From positions 27,345 through 91,344 of the IMG/VR virus record IMGVR_UViG_2854395284_000001: 64,000 nucleotides of DNA. One strand, 5' to 3'. This DNA comes from a virus. Its lineage: Duplodnaviria; Caudoviricetes. Positions 30,955 to 41,308 of the stretch are shown piece after piece. How positions within the stretch are numbered: the stretch's first letter is position 1; every line of letters begins with the position of its first letter. Under the pieces are notes generated by a model. That model did not search any database and had not been told where the DNA came from. It saw nothing but the letters and a program-made list of their open reading frames with translations. The translations under genes and the position numbers were made by a program.

Positions 30955-32248
30955 TTGTATTTTCCTGCTTTTCGTCATTTTCATCTGGCGAACCGGATTC
31001 TTGTTCAGAAAAACAAGAAAATAATTCGTTTAAATTTACCAGATTCATGTTTAAAGAAATATCATTGTCCTTTAGATAATCCTTAATATCCAAATTTTCT
31101 CTAAGTAAGATACGAGATATTTCAATATACTTATCCAGATCTCTTTGCAAATCTACAATTTTTTGTCGTTGCTCTGCAACCATATCAGACCATTCTGATT
31201 CATCTAAATTTAAAGTTTTCATGATGGAAGCGTTACTAAGATCCATAACTTGCTTCATGGCCTTGCATGTCTCCATATCAAATCCGTTAACTTCGCCTTC
31301 TCGAAGATTAAGTTCTTTTATTTTTTTGATTTTACCAGTCCATGTGTTTTCACCCTTTTTTGCGTTTTTATTATGCTTTAATGAAATACAACTATCCTGG
31401 GCCAAACTTGTTATAACAGAAGTTATTTTTCCTTTACTTTCTTGCAGAGATTTTATTGTCGCAGAATTGCGCTCGATTTGCGAAATATCAGACATTAATT
31501 TTGCTACAGTATCATCGATCTTTGACTGCTGTAAAAAACCACGTACAATAGAAATGGCAGAAGAAGTTCTCATCATATCTTCATTTGCATCTTCACTTGA
31601 ATCAAGAATTCCCAATAATTGAGAATATAAAAATGGCTGATCTGCAACATCTTCCTTTTCAAATGGATCATAACTTAACAATCGAATTACATCATTTTTG
31701 TTTTTTAAAAAGCTGTCATATGTATCCAAACCAGCATGAGTTTCAATTAACTGTTCTTCAGTTATTTTCTCTTTTGAAGAATCGACTGAAACAGTAGATT
31801 TAAATATATCCGAATCTTTGAAAGTATCACCATTATATTGACCCATAGCAACGTTTTTTACATATGATAAGTATCCATTAGAACGAACCTTACCTGACGC
31901 AAGATTATCAGATTCTTGAACACTGGCATCCCATAACTTTGTATAAAAAGGTTTATTAAGATATCGCATAGCTTCAATTACTGAAGTTTTATCCGGTTCA
32001 TGTTCGACTTTATCCTTACCGATTTTAAGAGCAATCTTGCGAGCACAATCCTTACAAATAGGTGTAAGACCACTTTTATTTAGTGGATCTGTACTAACAT
32101 AAAATTTATCTCGTGCTTTATGTGTGTCACACATATAACACCAAGCACCATCTTTTAAAATTTGTACCTTATCTTCAAGTGTTTCTATTTTCTTTCTCAT
32201 TTGTGCAACCGTTAATTTCGTTTCAGTTGCTTTACTTTTTATAGCCAA
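30944..32248 (-). CDS. Conserved pre-terminase protein with CxxC motifs (possible terminase small subunit)
   Basis: WCYMC, PICKDC; overlaps the terL start. Confidence 0.55.
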   Translation of the reverse strand: MAIKSKATETKLTVAQMRKKIETLEDKVQILKDGAWCYMCDTHKARDKFYVSTDPLNKSGLTPICKDCARKIALKIGKDKVEHEPDKTSVIEAMRYLNKPFYTKLWDASVQESDNLASGKVRSNGYLSYVKNVAMGQYNGDTFKDSDIFKSTVSVDSSKEKITEEQLIETHAGLDTYDSFLKNKNDVIRLLSYDPFEKEDVADQPFLYSQLLGILDSSEDANEDMMRTSSAISIVRGFLQQSKIDDTVAKLMSDISQIERNSATIKSLQESKGKITSVITSLAQDSCISLKHNKNAKKGENTWTGKIKKIKELNLREGEVNGFDMETCKAMKQVMDLSNASIMKTLNLDESEWSDMVAEQRQKIVDLQRDLDKYIEISRILLRENLDIKDYLKDNDISLNMNLVNLNELFSCFSEQESGSPDENDEKQENTNEI

Positions 32249-32288
32249 TCAACAGTCACCTCCCTTTTCGTTCCAATATAAAAGAGTA

Positions 32289-33296
32289 TCAGGCATTAAT
32301 TGCTAGATACTCTTTTTCAAATAACCATATATAATTCTCATATTTTTCAGTTTCGTGTTTACAACATTTTGAAACTAAATACTTGCTAAAACCATTTCTT
32401 TCTACTTCTCTAAGTGATTTAAATATTTTTATCAAATTATTATTATCATCAAGTTGGTATATTTTTGATACTTTGACTAAATTTGCCTTTCGCTTTGCTT
32501 CATCACAGTATACTTTATTGATTATTCTTGTAGTATCATCTACAAACTTCCAAATATAACCATAAGCAGACATGCTATTATGGTGACAACAACTATTAAT
32601 TCTACTAGGACTAAAATTATTTTCTTTTACTTGGCAACCATGTTCCCATATTTTTATTAAATTACCATCCATATCATATTGTTCAATAGGCTTCTTTTGT
32701 TTTCTGCTTAAATAATAATCTAAATCGAATGTATTATAATCTTTTTTGTATATCCAAATATATCCATTTGAAGTTTTACTAAGTCCCATATTGCAACATG
32801 AATAAATACCTCTGCTATCATAACCATTTTGTTTTGATGCTTGAGCAACGCTCCAATATTCATTAACAATATTTCCATCAAAATCAAGTTGTAATACAGG
32901 TTCTGGATTCCTAATACTGCTAAAATATTTCTTATCTTTTTCAGACCAATTAGGTACACTAAAATTCTTTTGACCGCCTGATGTCATATTATAGCCATTT
33001 TTATGTGAATCATAATATGTAATCCAATAAACCTCTCTTTTGTCTAATTGATTTTCTAAGCATTTTTCTAATAGTTCAAAATCAAAACATCCTTTACCGT
33101 ATTTTTCCCATGCAGAAACAAGTCCAGTATTTTCAGATTTGTTTTGACTAATACAGCATTCTAAATGTTCTCTAAGCCGTTTCCTAACATCTTTTGATTG
33201 ACCAATATAAATATTCCCACTATAAATATTTTCTATTTTATAAATACCAGAAATATTCCAATCAAGAGTTCTTAAATTTTCTAAATTTAATTTCAT
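32289..33296 (-). CDS. Free-standing GIY-YIG homing endonuclease with NUMOD1-like repeats
   Basis: SGIYKI...IYIGQS...R; repeated C-terminal units. Confidence 0.88.
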   Translation of the reverse strand: MKLNLENLRTLDWNISGIYKIENIYSGNIYIGQSKDVRKRLREHLECCISQNKSENTGLVSAWEKYGKGCFDFELLEKCLENQLDKREVYWITYYDSHKNGYNMTSGGQKNFSVPNWSEKDKKYFSSIRNPEPVLQLDFDGNIVNEYWSVAQASKQNGYDSRGIYSCCNMGLSKTSNGYIWIYKKDYNTFDLDYYLSRKQKKPIEQYDMDGNLIKIWEHGCQVKENNFSPSRINSCCHHNSMSAYGYIWKFVDDTTRIINKVYCDEAKRKANLVKVSKIYQLDDNNNLIKIFKSLREVERNGFSKYLVSKCCKHETEKYENYIWLFEKEYLAINA

Positions 33297-33529
33297 AACA
33301 TTTTCACTCGCTTTCCACTCGCAATTATCATTAGTAAAAGAGTAGGAGAGTAGTGCGAGTGTCTACTATGCCAAAGCTCATGACTTCTCTGGTTTCCTAC
33401 TCCAAAAAATTAATCACGCTCCACTGACAGAGCAATAAGCACCAAACTGCTTATGATTACTTATTCTCCAATAAATTTAAAGAGAATAAAAATATAAAAC
33501 ATGAAACAAAATAAAGAAAGGTGATTTAA

Positions 33530-34054
33530 ATGTGTAAAACTATAACAACACCAGATGGAAAAGTATTGGAACCAGTAACTCTATCTGAAGATCTCCAAAA
33601 ACTACAGGAATTTTCTGAAAAACTAATATCAGATGCAAGCTATCAGCAAATGCTGAACAATAATGCCAGCATGAATATATTTGATTACATGCCAAAATTC
33701 CCATCTCCAGAAGAACGATTGAAATTTCTTACTGATAAAATGGATTCCATGCAGTCAGAGCTTGAAAATCAAACAGAAGCCATGAGAAAAATTCAGTACG
33801 AAAATATAAAATTGAATGCACAAATTGAGATACAGAACAAAACGTTAGATTCTAATTTAGAAGAATTGAATGAACTAAGAACCGTGAATGCAGAATTGAA
33901 AGCAGTAAATCAAAACCTCATAAACAATAACAAACACTATTGGCGAAATACTTTATTAATTTCTGTTGGTGTTGCAATATTGTCCTATATATTAGGATTA
34001 TATTCTACAGAGGTAAAAGCATTGTTACTATTAATTCTACGAATAATGCCATGA
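33530..34054 (+). CDS. Moron-like coiled-coil protein with C-terminal TM helix
   Basis: Opposite strand; RBS AAAGGTG. Confidence 0.7.
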   Translation: MCKTITTPDGKVLEPVTLSEDLQKLQEFSEKLISDASYQQMLNNNASMNIFDYMPKFPSPEERLKFLTDKMDSMQSELENQTEAMRKIQYENIKLNAQIEIQNKTLDSNLEELNELRTVNAELKAVNQNLINNNKHYWRNTLLISVGVAILSYILGLYSTEVKALLLLILRIMP

Positions 34055-34135
34055 TTCCACCAAACAACGCAGGATTAATCCTGTAAATTCCAGTCATACC
34101 TTTCATATGTATGTCTCCTTTTATAAAAAAAATAA

Positions 34136-34218
34136 TACCGGCAGCGAGACTCGAACTCGCACTGCTCATAACAATCTGGGCTTAAACCAGATGTGTCTAC
34201 CAATTCCACCATACCGGC
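34136..34218 (-). tRNA. tRNA-Leu(UAA)
   Basis: Cloverleaf, GTTCGAG T-loop, long variable arm, anticodon TAA. Confidence 0.9.
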
Positions 34219-34253
34219 ATACGGAGGCACTGCCTCCATTCGCTAATTATATA

Positions 34254-34343
34254 CGGAGCCTGTAGGATTCGAACCCACGCGCCGTTGTTAGCGGCCTGTC
34301 AGTTTTCAGGACTGATCTCTTCATCCAACTTGAGTAAAGCTCC
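34254..34343 (-). tRNA. tRNA-Ser(UGA)
   Basis: Long variable arm, GGTTCGAATCC; loop CCTGAAA has C33. Confidence 0.85.
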
Positions 34344-34353
34344 AAAATAAAAA

Positions 34354-34437
34354 TGAGCAGAGTAGGAGTCGAACCTACGGTGTTTCTAATGTGACGGATT
34401 TACAGTCCGTTGCTATCGCCACTAAGCACATCTGCCC
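34354..34437 (-). tRNA. tRNA-Tyr(GUA)
   Basis: Anticodon loop CTGTAAA, variable arm, GGTTCGACTCC. Confidence 0.9.
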
Positions 34438-34516
34438 ATACAAAAATAGGAGAGTGAACCCAGTATCTCGATTCACTCTCCATAATAAAAATCACATTAA
34501 ATTATTTCACAAAAAA

Positions 34517-35494
34517 TTATAAATTATCTACGACGTTATTCCAATACTGTAAACGAGCTTTAACGCCAGCAGAAGCAGTAGTTCCAGACTGTACGAGCTG
34601 TTTATATGCTTCGTTAGAATCATAATTCTCAACAAACTCATTTACCGCAGCTTCGAATTTTCTAAAATCTTTTCCGTCTTTAATACATTTATAACCGCCA
34701 TACAGGATCATTGGGATAGAAGTAGATTTTACCTTGATTACTTCATCGCCTGTATTGAAAGCATCTAATACATCTGTTAATATACTGATATCAGTAGCAT
34801 TGATATTTTCATCATACCAAACAACAAAACTGTCAATATCTTTCGCTCTAAATGATGTAAAATCATTTTCTTCATTTGTATTAATCAGCATAAGGGTTTC
34901 GCGGATCAGATCACGCTGAACATCTTTCTTATATTGTGCATCAGTAAGGACTTTCTCAAAGAACTCATGATCTGCAAAATTAAAGATAACGTCACTTACT
35001 TTTTCACTCTCGATTGCTGTACGTTTTTGAGTATTGTTTAATGGTTTACCATTATTCTGACGAGTAAACATTTCTCGAATATCTTCTCCAGTACAATCAG
35101 TAAACACATAGATTGTCATCTCATAATCATTCAGCTTATCTTGTACGGCTTCATCGAGCTGTGCATATTTTTTACCAGCAATTTCATATACCTCGCCATC
35201 AACTGTAACTGGTTTTAAATTTTTAGCCAATCTAAAACCATCTTTTTTAAAAAAGTCTCTTACTGTGGTAGCTCGCTGAACGCCATCAAAAATTCTTCTT
35301 ACATCATCAGATCCGACTTCGCATCTAATTGGATCGATTGGATACGGACGAAGCATAGAGTCAATCAGTAAACTTTTCTGACGATTACCCCACTGATTTT
35401 CTTGACGTTGAAACTTGTGTTTCATACTGTATTTTCCTTTTGCAATATCTTTAGTAAAATTCTTTGCGCTCTGTCTTTTTACTACATAGTCCAT
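34517..35494 (-). CDS. DUF262 (ParB/Srx-fold, GmrSD N-terminal-like) protein
   Basis: FQRxxxxW, LIDSML, FDGVQR, FTRQNNGKPLN. Confidence 0.8.
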   Translation of the reverse strand: MDYVVKRQSAKNFTKDIAKGKYSMKHKFQRQENQWGNRQKSLLIDSMLRPYPIDPIRCEVGSDDVRRIFDGVQRATTVRDFFKKDGFRLAKNLKPVTVDGEVYEIAGKKYAQLDEAVQDKLNDYEMTIYVFTDCTGEDIREMFTRQNNGKPLNNTQKRTAIESEKVSDVIFNFADHEFFEKVLTDAQYKKDVQRDLIRETLMLINTNEENDFTSFRAKDIDSFVVWYDENINATDISILTDVLDAFNTGDEVIKVKSTSIPMILYGGYKCIKDGKDFRKFEAAVNEFVENYDSNEAYKQLVQSGTTASAGVKARLQYWNNVVDNL

Positions 35495-35714
35495 ACAAAA
35501 CTACCTCCTGTATTTGATAATTTCACATTATCACAATAGGAAAATTTTGTAAAGGTATAGCACGTCCTTTTATAAATATTTTTGCGATTTTTTGTATTTT
35601 TTGACGTCGCACATTTTCTCAGGTTTGTGCCAATACCGATTCCTAGACGTCGGTCGGAGATTGCAGTTTACGTGTTGCTACACGATCTATCTATAGATTG
35701 TCCACATGTTATGG

Positions 35715-35742
35715 TTGACAGATTTTCTTGTTGACATATAAT
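35715..35742 (+). promoter_or_regulatory. SigA-type promoter for a small toxin-like gene
   Basis: TTGACA-N16-TATAAT. Confidence 0.65.
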
Positions 35743-35872
35743 CTATATGTAGGAATTCACCCAGGCGTTCATTTACGGCTGGATGCAATGCTAAGGATTT
35801 TTTCAGAGTCGCATCGAAGCAGCGATGCTTCGTTATATAGATACCCTTGCTACGAAAGGAGGGTGATGCGAT

Positions 35873-36004
35873 ATAGATACGTTTCTAAGATTCTTCAAAG
35901 ATACATACACAATTGTGAATGATAGTAATTTACTATCTACAATTGTTGCCGGGACAGTTCTAATGTTTTTACAGAATATTGTCCAAACGAAAAAAGACCG
36001 CTAA
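35873..36004 (+). CDS. Putative type I toxin peptide (43 aa, ATA start)
   Basis: RBS AAAGGAGG in a hairpin; hydrophobic LLSTIVAGTVLMFL followed by basic KKDR. Confidence 0.55.
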   Translation: MDTFLRFFKDTYTIVNDSNLLSTIVAGTVLMFLQNIVQTKKDR

Positions 36005-36204
36005 TTAAGCGATCCTTTTCCTGACTATCAATCAGCCGATACCCCTTCGGCTCTGAGAAATCCACTTGGGTGAATATCCCATTCTATATTCAATTTATTG
36101 AAAGCCACTTGATTAGCAAGTGGTTATTTTATTTATTTAAATAATTATGTAGACTACTAGATCACTCTACATTGTTCTACTTCTACTTACTTTGTCTTAC
36201 TTAC
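35988..36204 (-). ncRNA. Putative antisense antitoxin RNA
   Basis: Minus-strand TTGACA-N17-TATATT (36239-36211); terminator AAAAGGATCGC/GCGGTCTTTTTT overlapping the toxin 3' end. Confidence 0.5.
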
Positions 36205-36335
36205 AAATGTAATATACCCTAATTTTTGAGGAATGTCAAGTCAAGTCTTGACAAATGACAAATTTGTAGTAGAATAAAACAGCTTCCGCATAAGTCAATA
36301 TATGATCTATATTGTATTATTCTCCGGATGGAATG

Positions 36336-37352
36336 TTAAATTCCAAACATAGAATTAATTGTATCTTCTGAATGATCCTTTAAATATCCCTGTGTCGTAC
36401 TTGGATCAGAGTGATGTGCAAATACTTGTACTTGTTCCAAAGGAAACTTTTTAGGATTTCCATTTTTATCAAGAAGACGTAAATCGGTTCCCTGAGATAA
36501 ACATTCAAGTCTGCTATGTCGCATTGTATGTGTAAAAATATTACATGGTTCTCCACGTACTTCTGATAATATTTTTGAAATACTTACAATTCTATCATAT
36601 AAAACATTCGAATCAGATAATGGCTGTTTATTATCTCCGCAACCCTTAATCCAAAGAGAATCAATAGTATCATCTCCTCGCCATTCGAGATACTTTCTTA
36701 TTAATTCTTTTGTGTCGTCTAAATATACAAGTGGAAATTTTTTACCTCTTTTACCGACAACAATATTTGTTTTATTCCCGTCTAATAATCCATGTTTCTG
36801 TATCTGAAATAATTCATTCTTTCGTCCAGCAGAATCAAATCCTATACTCCATAAAACAGCTAATTGCCATTTTTCTTGAGACACTAAAATGTCACGAACT
36901 TTAATAAATTCATCAAAAGTAAAAAAGAAATCATCATCATCGTCTTTTACACGCGATTTTGGAATGCCATGTACTTTTTTGGCATAATTAATTTCATAAT
37001 CATAGTCATCATCATCTTCACAAAATGTTAAGAGACTATTGATTGCACTTTTAAGACGATTTGTTCTTGCAGCAGACATTTCACATTCTTCTGTAAAATA
37101 TAAACTTAAATTACGAAAATCTTTTTTCTTTAATTCCAGGACGCAACGATTATCTAACTCTTTAAGAATGTAAATCATAATAATACGAAGATCATTATGA
37201 TATCCCGAGATCGTTCCTTTGCTCATTTTTCTTTGTTTATATTCTTGAAGAAAATCATCCATTATTCTTTTATTCTCTTTATTTACTTGCGCCCATAATT
37301 CAGGCGTATAAAAATTATGATAAATACGACCTCTTACAGCCAATAATCTCAC
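36336..37352 (-). CDS. Tyrosine recombinase (XerC/D-like)
   Basis: GRKNE, GKRGK, HTMRH, HHSD...TTQGY catalytic residues. Confidence 0.9.
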   Translation of the reverse strand: MRLLAVRGRIYHNFYTPELWAQVNKENKRIMDDFLQEYKQRKMSKGTISGYHNDLRIIMIYILKELDNRCVLELKKKDFRNLSLYFTEECEMSAARTNRLKSAINSLLTFCEDDDDYDYEINYAKKVHGIPKSRVKDDDDDFFFTFDEFIKVRDILVSQEKWQLAVLWSIGFDSAGRKNELFQIQKHGLLDGNKTNIVVGKRGKKFPLVYLDDTKELIRKYLEWRGDDTIDSLWIKGCGDNKQPLSDSNVLYDRIVSISKILSEVRGEPCNIFTHTMRHSRLECLSQGTDLRLLDKNGNPKKFPLEQVQVFAHHSDPSTTQGYLKDHSEDTINSMFGI

Positions 37353-37424
37353 TTCCTTTCAAAGCAAAGAGCAGAATAGTAGTAAATTACTATCTGCTCT
37401 TTTAAAATATTCTTCATTTAAAAC

Positions 37425-38183
37425 TTAGATCGCTAGATTCATAACCCAATTGTTATAATTCTCAATAATCCATTTTCTTCCTTTTTCTGTCCATTTCAGA
37501 CAAGGTTTTGCTTTAGTATCTGTATAACTTTGATAGTCTGCATAATCCTCTGAAATCAACCATTCATATTCGGCATACGGACACCATGTACCAGATTTAT
37601 TTTTAAAAATAATATGGTTCGCATACATAACTTGATTTAATTTAACGGCACTTGAAAACCCTAAATCTTTTGCTACAATAGTTGTAGTAATAAGACCATC
37701 TTTCTTCAATACGGTGTCATGATATTCTGCTTTCGGCTTCATTTCTTCATTTTCTGCAATAAGTGGAGCTGTGGCAAGTTCAACAAGTTTCTGATGCGCA
37801 TAAGCTACTTCCGATGGATCTTTACTAAATAGCTGAAGTTTATATTTTTCTTCTTCAGAAAGATAATTTCCAGTTTTTAGTTTTTCTTCCATTTTATTAA
37901 ATGCATCTATGTATTTAAGTTTCCATTCAAGAGCTTCTTTCCCAGTAAATCCCATACATAACAAAGAAAAACCATCTCTATTCATAAGATATTCATTATA
38001 TTTTCTTCCTCTTGAATTGGTATACTCTGAAAGATAAAACATATTTTTCACTGCGGAATTTTCCGCCGTGAGATTTCTAATGGAATCAAGAACATCTCTG
38101 TGATTCTTATTAAACTTTTCAGCTACATCGCGGCTACTAGTAACAACTTGTCCATTTTCATTTTTTAAAATAATTTCGTTCAT
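37425..38183 (-). CDS. Rha-family regulator with KilAC/ANT C-terminal domain (antirepressor)
   Basis: TSSRDVAEKF, MNRDGFSLL, YIDAFNKME; WTEKGR. Confidence 0.9.
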   Translation of the reverse strand: MNEIILKNENGQVVTSSRDVAEKFNKNHRDVLDSIRNLTAENSAVKNMFYLSEYTNSRGRKYNEYLMNRDGFSLLCMGFTGKEALEWKLKYIDAFNKMEEKLKTGNYLSEEEKYKLQLFSKDPSEVAYAHQKLVELATAPLIAENEEMKPKAEYHDTVLKKDGLITTTIVAKDLGFSSAVKLNQVMYANHIIFKNKSGTWCPYAEYEWLISEDYADYQSYTDTKAKPCLKWTEKGRKWIIENYNNWVMNLAI

Positions 38184-38409
38184 TTTATTTCTCCTTTTCT
38201 AAAATAGTTATTTTTAGTAAAAGGAGAGTGGGTGGTAATTATCCACCAAATCTCTCCGCAACGTGGTGTGATAGGAGCGTACCCTATACATTAGTTCCAC
38301 CAACAGAGATGAAATAGAAGAGTAAAAACTATTCTATATAGCTCATTATCAGGTTATCCACCCGTCTCTAATCATTTATTCTCTGCATTCATTTACGGAA
38401 AATTGTAAA

Positions 38410-38481
38410 CAGGAAGCCAGGGATTCGAACCCTGATTAACAGTTTTGGAGACTGCCGTGTTGCCAATTACACTAACGACCT
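38410..38481 (-). tRNA. tRNA-Trp(CCA), acceptor stem with two mismatches
   Basis: Loop CTCCAAA, GGTTCGAATCC; AGGTCGT/GCTTCCT acceptor. Confidence 0.8.
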
Positions 38482-38523
38482 ATAGTTGAGTGCGTAAGCT
38501 GCAGTCTTACACACTCAACAAAA

Positions 38524-39126
38524 TTATAAATAAAAACTTTTCAAAATCTCAGATAGACGATCCTTATCAAACTGTTCAGATGACCAATATGAAATAGAAC
38601 TATATCCATTCTTATCATGCTTGCTACATGTAAATCCCTGTCCATCATCAGAGAAATCTACATTCATAGAATTGTCTTTGGAACGTGAATCACAGTCGTA
38701 GTCATCACAATCATGGTGGTCGATCATATGATCAGAGTCATCACCAGATTCTTCTTCCGTGATTTCAAATTCATATTTCATATCCGATTCAAAATATTTA
38801 ACGCATTTAGAATTTGCATTTTCATCAAAAAATACAAATTTTGGAGATAGCATACAATATCTTCCGTCCAATTTTAGCTTCTCGCAAAATATTTCATCAC
38901 ACACAATACTAATAACATATTCGTCTTCATAGTTATCCCACTCAGGATCTGCTAACTCAACAAATTTTAGATCATAATCGTAAAATACCAATTCTCTCAA
39001 AATTTCTTTTGCATGATCATACTTAGCAACAAAACTTACGTTTCGATCACAATCATGTAGTAGCTCATAAGTCTCGACAACTACTTCGACTAATTCTTCA
39101 ATACTTTTACATTTCAGTGTATGCAT
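38524..39126 (-). CDS. Acidic hypothetical protein
   Basis: ORF track; RBS GGTGGTG. Confidence 0.7.
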   Translation of the reverse strand: MHTLKCKSIEELVEVVVETYELLHDCDRNVSFVAKYDHAKEILRELVFYDYDLKFVELADPEWDNYEDEYVISIVCDEIFCEKLKLDGRYCMLSPKFVFFDENANSKCVKYFESDMKYEFEITEEESGDDSDHMIDHHDCDDYDCDSRSKDNSMNVDFSDDGQGFTCSKHDKNGYSSISYWSSEQFDKDRLSEILKSFYL

Positions 39127-39144
39127 AAAATCACCACCGATCTA

Positions 39145-39417
39145 TTAGAGAACAGCCTCTTTAAGAGCAGTAGCTGCCTTGAATTTCGGTGCTTTATGAG
39201 CAGCAACCATAATTGTTTCACCAGTCTGAGGATTACGTCTCTTAGATTCTGCCTTTTCTACAACCTCGAATTTTCCAAATCCTGCGATATTTACAGATTC
39301 TCCATCAGCCATTGCATCTTTGATGGTAACGAAAACAGCATCTACATATTTTGCTGCATCTTTCTGGGTTACTTCTAGGTTTGCTGCTACGGTTTTAATA
39401 ATATCTTGTTTGTTCAT
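39145..39417 (-). CDS. hup: Histone-like DNA-binding protein HU
   Basis: GFGKF, RRNPQTGE, PKFKA. Confidence 0.95.
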   Translation of the reverse strand: MNKQDIIKTVAANLEVTQKDAAKYVDAVFVTIKDAMADGESVNIAGFGKFEVVEKAESKRRNPQTGETIMVAAHKAPKFKAATALKEAVL

Positions 39418-39474
39418 TTTAATATTCTCCTTAAAATAATATAGTTAATTACATCTAATCATAGATAAGCGTGT

Positions 39475-40716
39475 TTAGCTCGCATTCTCAAACCAATAGA
39501 TTTTTGAATATTTCCATAGTAATTTACACTTCCTCGCATTAACTTTTTTACAATGTTTTGTTGGACTTTGAAAATTAATCGCTTTTTGTTCAGGGTATAA
39601 TGCTGTTACATATCCTCTGTGCGTTTCGCCATTTTTAAATGTATACTCAACCAAATCTCTATGCTTAATTCCTAAAACATGGTCGGTTTTCGCTTTGCTT
39701 TGTCTACGCATGGGTTTCATTGTCCATTCTTTCATATCATATGTATCAGGCTGCAAATCCGTAATACAGACAGCATCATTGGCGTGTGATTTCTCAATAT
39801 TCCAGTCAATGCGTTTGTTGGCTGTATCTCCACCACTCGTCAGATATAATACCCCCAAACCTGACAATTGTTTTCGAAGCCACATCTTACCAATCATTAC
39901 ATGTTGTGCATAATTCAGGTTTTTATTGTCAGAAGATTTTAACAGGGAGAAATATCGATCCATATATAATTCTTCCTGGCCTTCAGTTTTCTGATGGCAG
40001 CTTTCACATAATGTAATCAGATTATCTAACGTGTTGGAACCATTTCGTCTTTTTGGTTTAATATGATGAACTTCTAATCTGCAGTTAGATTTTCCACATT
40101 CCATACACTTGCCACCATCTCTTAGAATAGTTGCTTTACGAATATTTTCATCTAATCTGTTGGATTTTTGATATTGCCAACGATAAGATTTATACCCATC
40201 TGTTAATACGCGGATATCAATAGAAACATCTTCCAGCCAATAATTTGTTATATTTATCCACTTATTAAGCTGATTGATAACTCTTATGGTAGCTTGTCGT
40301 TTCTGTAAGATACTTGGGGCAATTCGTCCTTCTCTTTTAGAAGATTTACGATTATTGAATCTCGCTTGTCTATATCTTTTATGATAACGGTGGTAGCGTC
40401 TATAACCCCGCCTAACTTCCATAAGATGCTTTACATCATTGCGCTGCTCGATGGTTCCTTTGAAAACAACTTTATTTTTCGTTTTACATTTCTGAACCAG
40501 AGCAATCCCTACATGAAGTCCGCCGTCATCTATTCCACAACGAATCTCATCTTTACAGATTTCATTTTCTTGAATTTCTTTTTTCAATTGTATTACCATT
40601 GGATATTTACTAACCAATGCTGCTCGTTTCTTACGGATAAGAAACCACGCTTTTTGTTCTTTTGTCGGCGCTAATTGTTTCCCATTCGCATCTAATACAA
40701 AAGCATAACTTGTCAT
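39475..40716 (-). CDS. iscB: RNA-guided endonuclease IscB
   Basis: PLMP-like QLAP, RuvC-I GIDDG, Arg-rich bridge helix RRGYRRYHR, RuvC-II LEDV, HNH, RuvC-III SHANDA. Confidence 0.92.
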   Translation of the reverse strand: MTSYAFVLDANGKQLAPTKEQKAWFLIRKKRAALVSKYPMVIQLKKEIQENEICKDEIRCGIDDGGLHVGIALVQKCKTKNKVVFKGTIEQRNDVKHLMEVRRGYRRYHRYHKRYRQARFNNRKSSKREGRIAPSILQKRQATIRVINQLNKWINITNYWLEDVSIDIRVLTDGYKSYRWQYQKSNRLDENIRKATILRDGGKCMECGKSNCRLEVHHIKPKRRNGSNTLDNLITLCESCHQKTEGQEELYMDRYFSLLKSSDNKNLNYAQHVMIGKMWLRKQLSGLGVLYLTSGGDTANKRIDWNIEKSHANDAVCITDLQPDTYDMKEWTMKPMRRQSKAKTDHVLGIKHRDLVEYTFKNGETHRGYVTALYPEQKAINFQSPTKHCKKVNARKCKLLWKYSKIYWFENAS

Positions 40717-40719
40717 TTC

Positions 40720-41028
40720 TGACGCCTTCCTTTCGGAGAATTTCTCTTCGTGCCAAAGTCAAGCAGAGGATATGCGTTTCCCTGTTATCAATACAGGACA
40801 TTAGCATTGTTTCTTGGTTTGCACTCACAGAGCTTCAGACTGAAGATTACATCTAAAGGTGTGTCTTTACCTTACTGCTTAACATAGTTCCTATCTGCAA
40901 CATGTCTTTCGACAGTAGCAGTCACTTAGGCTTGAGACCTATTGTTAAGCTATAAACAAGAGACTTAATGTGTCCACTCTTATCTATATTTGTATATATA
41001 TTTCTATGTTTTTAGTTACTTAACAATT
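40720..41028 (-). ncRNA. omegaRNA (HEARO-like) of IscB
   Basis: Structured region immediately 5' of iscB; ATTGTTAAG/CTTAACAAT opening stem; gacacacct...ttcagtc...gctctg blocks. Confidence 0.78.
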
Positions 41029-41191
41029 AGTCCTTTTGTTCAAATAAATTTTGCACTTATGAAGTGCTTGTCTAATTTTTTATAATGTGTTATTCTCTAT
41101 AAGTACGGAGCATCTTCCGTATTCTTGGTCATCGGCTTTTCCCGAGTTTTGTACATTTGTTGTATAACAACGGAAAGGCAGGTGAAGTAAC

Positions 41192-41308
41192 ATGGCTATG
41201 TCATATTCGATATTAACGCCAGTTCACGTTAATGCTTATTGGCGTTTCCGTCTAAATAGATGGGAATTTGTCCGTGAGCATTGGCGTTCGCTACCTCGAC
41301 CACGATAA
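41192..41308 (+). CDS. 38-aa Arg/Trp-rich peptide
   Basis: MAMSYSILTPVHVNAYWRFRLNRWEFVREHWRSLPRPR after AAAGGCAGGTG; enclosed by an 11-bp inverted repeat. Confidence 0.6.
   Translation: MAMSYSILTPVHVNAYWRFRLNRWEFVREHWRSLPRPR

Noticed and set aside
14751-35494. Complete phosphorothioation system (IscS plus DUF262)
   Set aside because: Genes are 19 kb apart and no DndC/D/E or SspB/C/D homologs are visible
36336-37352. Tyrosine recombinase as prophage integrase marking an att site
   Set aside because: Phage genes continue on both sides and no att repeat is visible; more likely an internal resolvase
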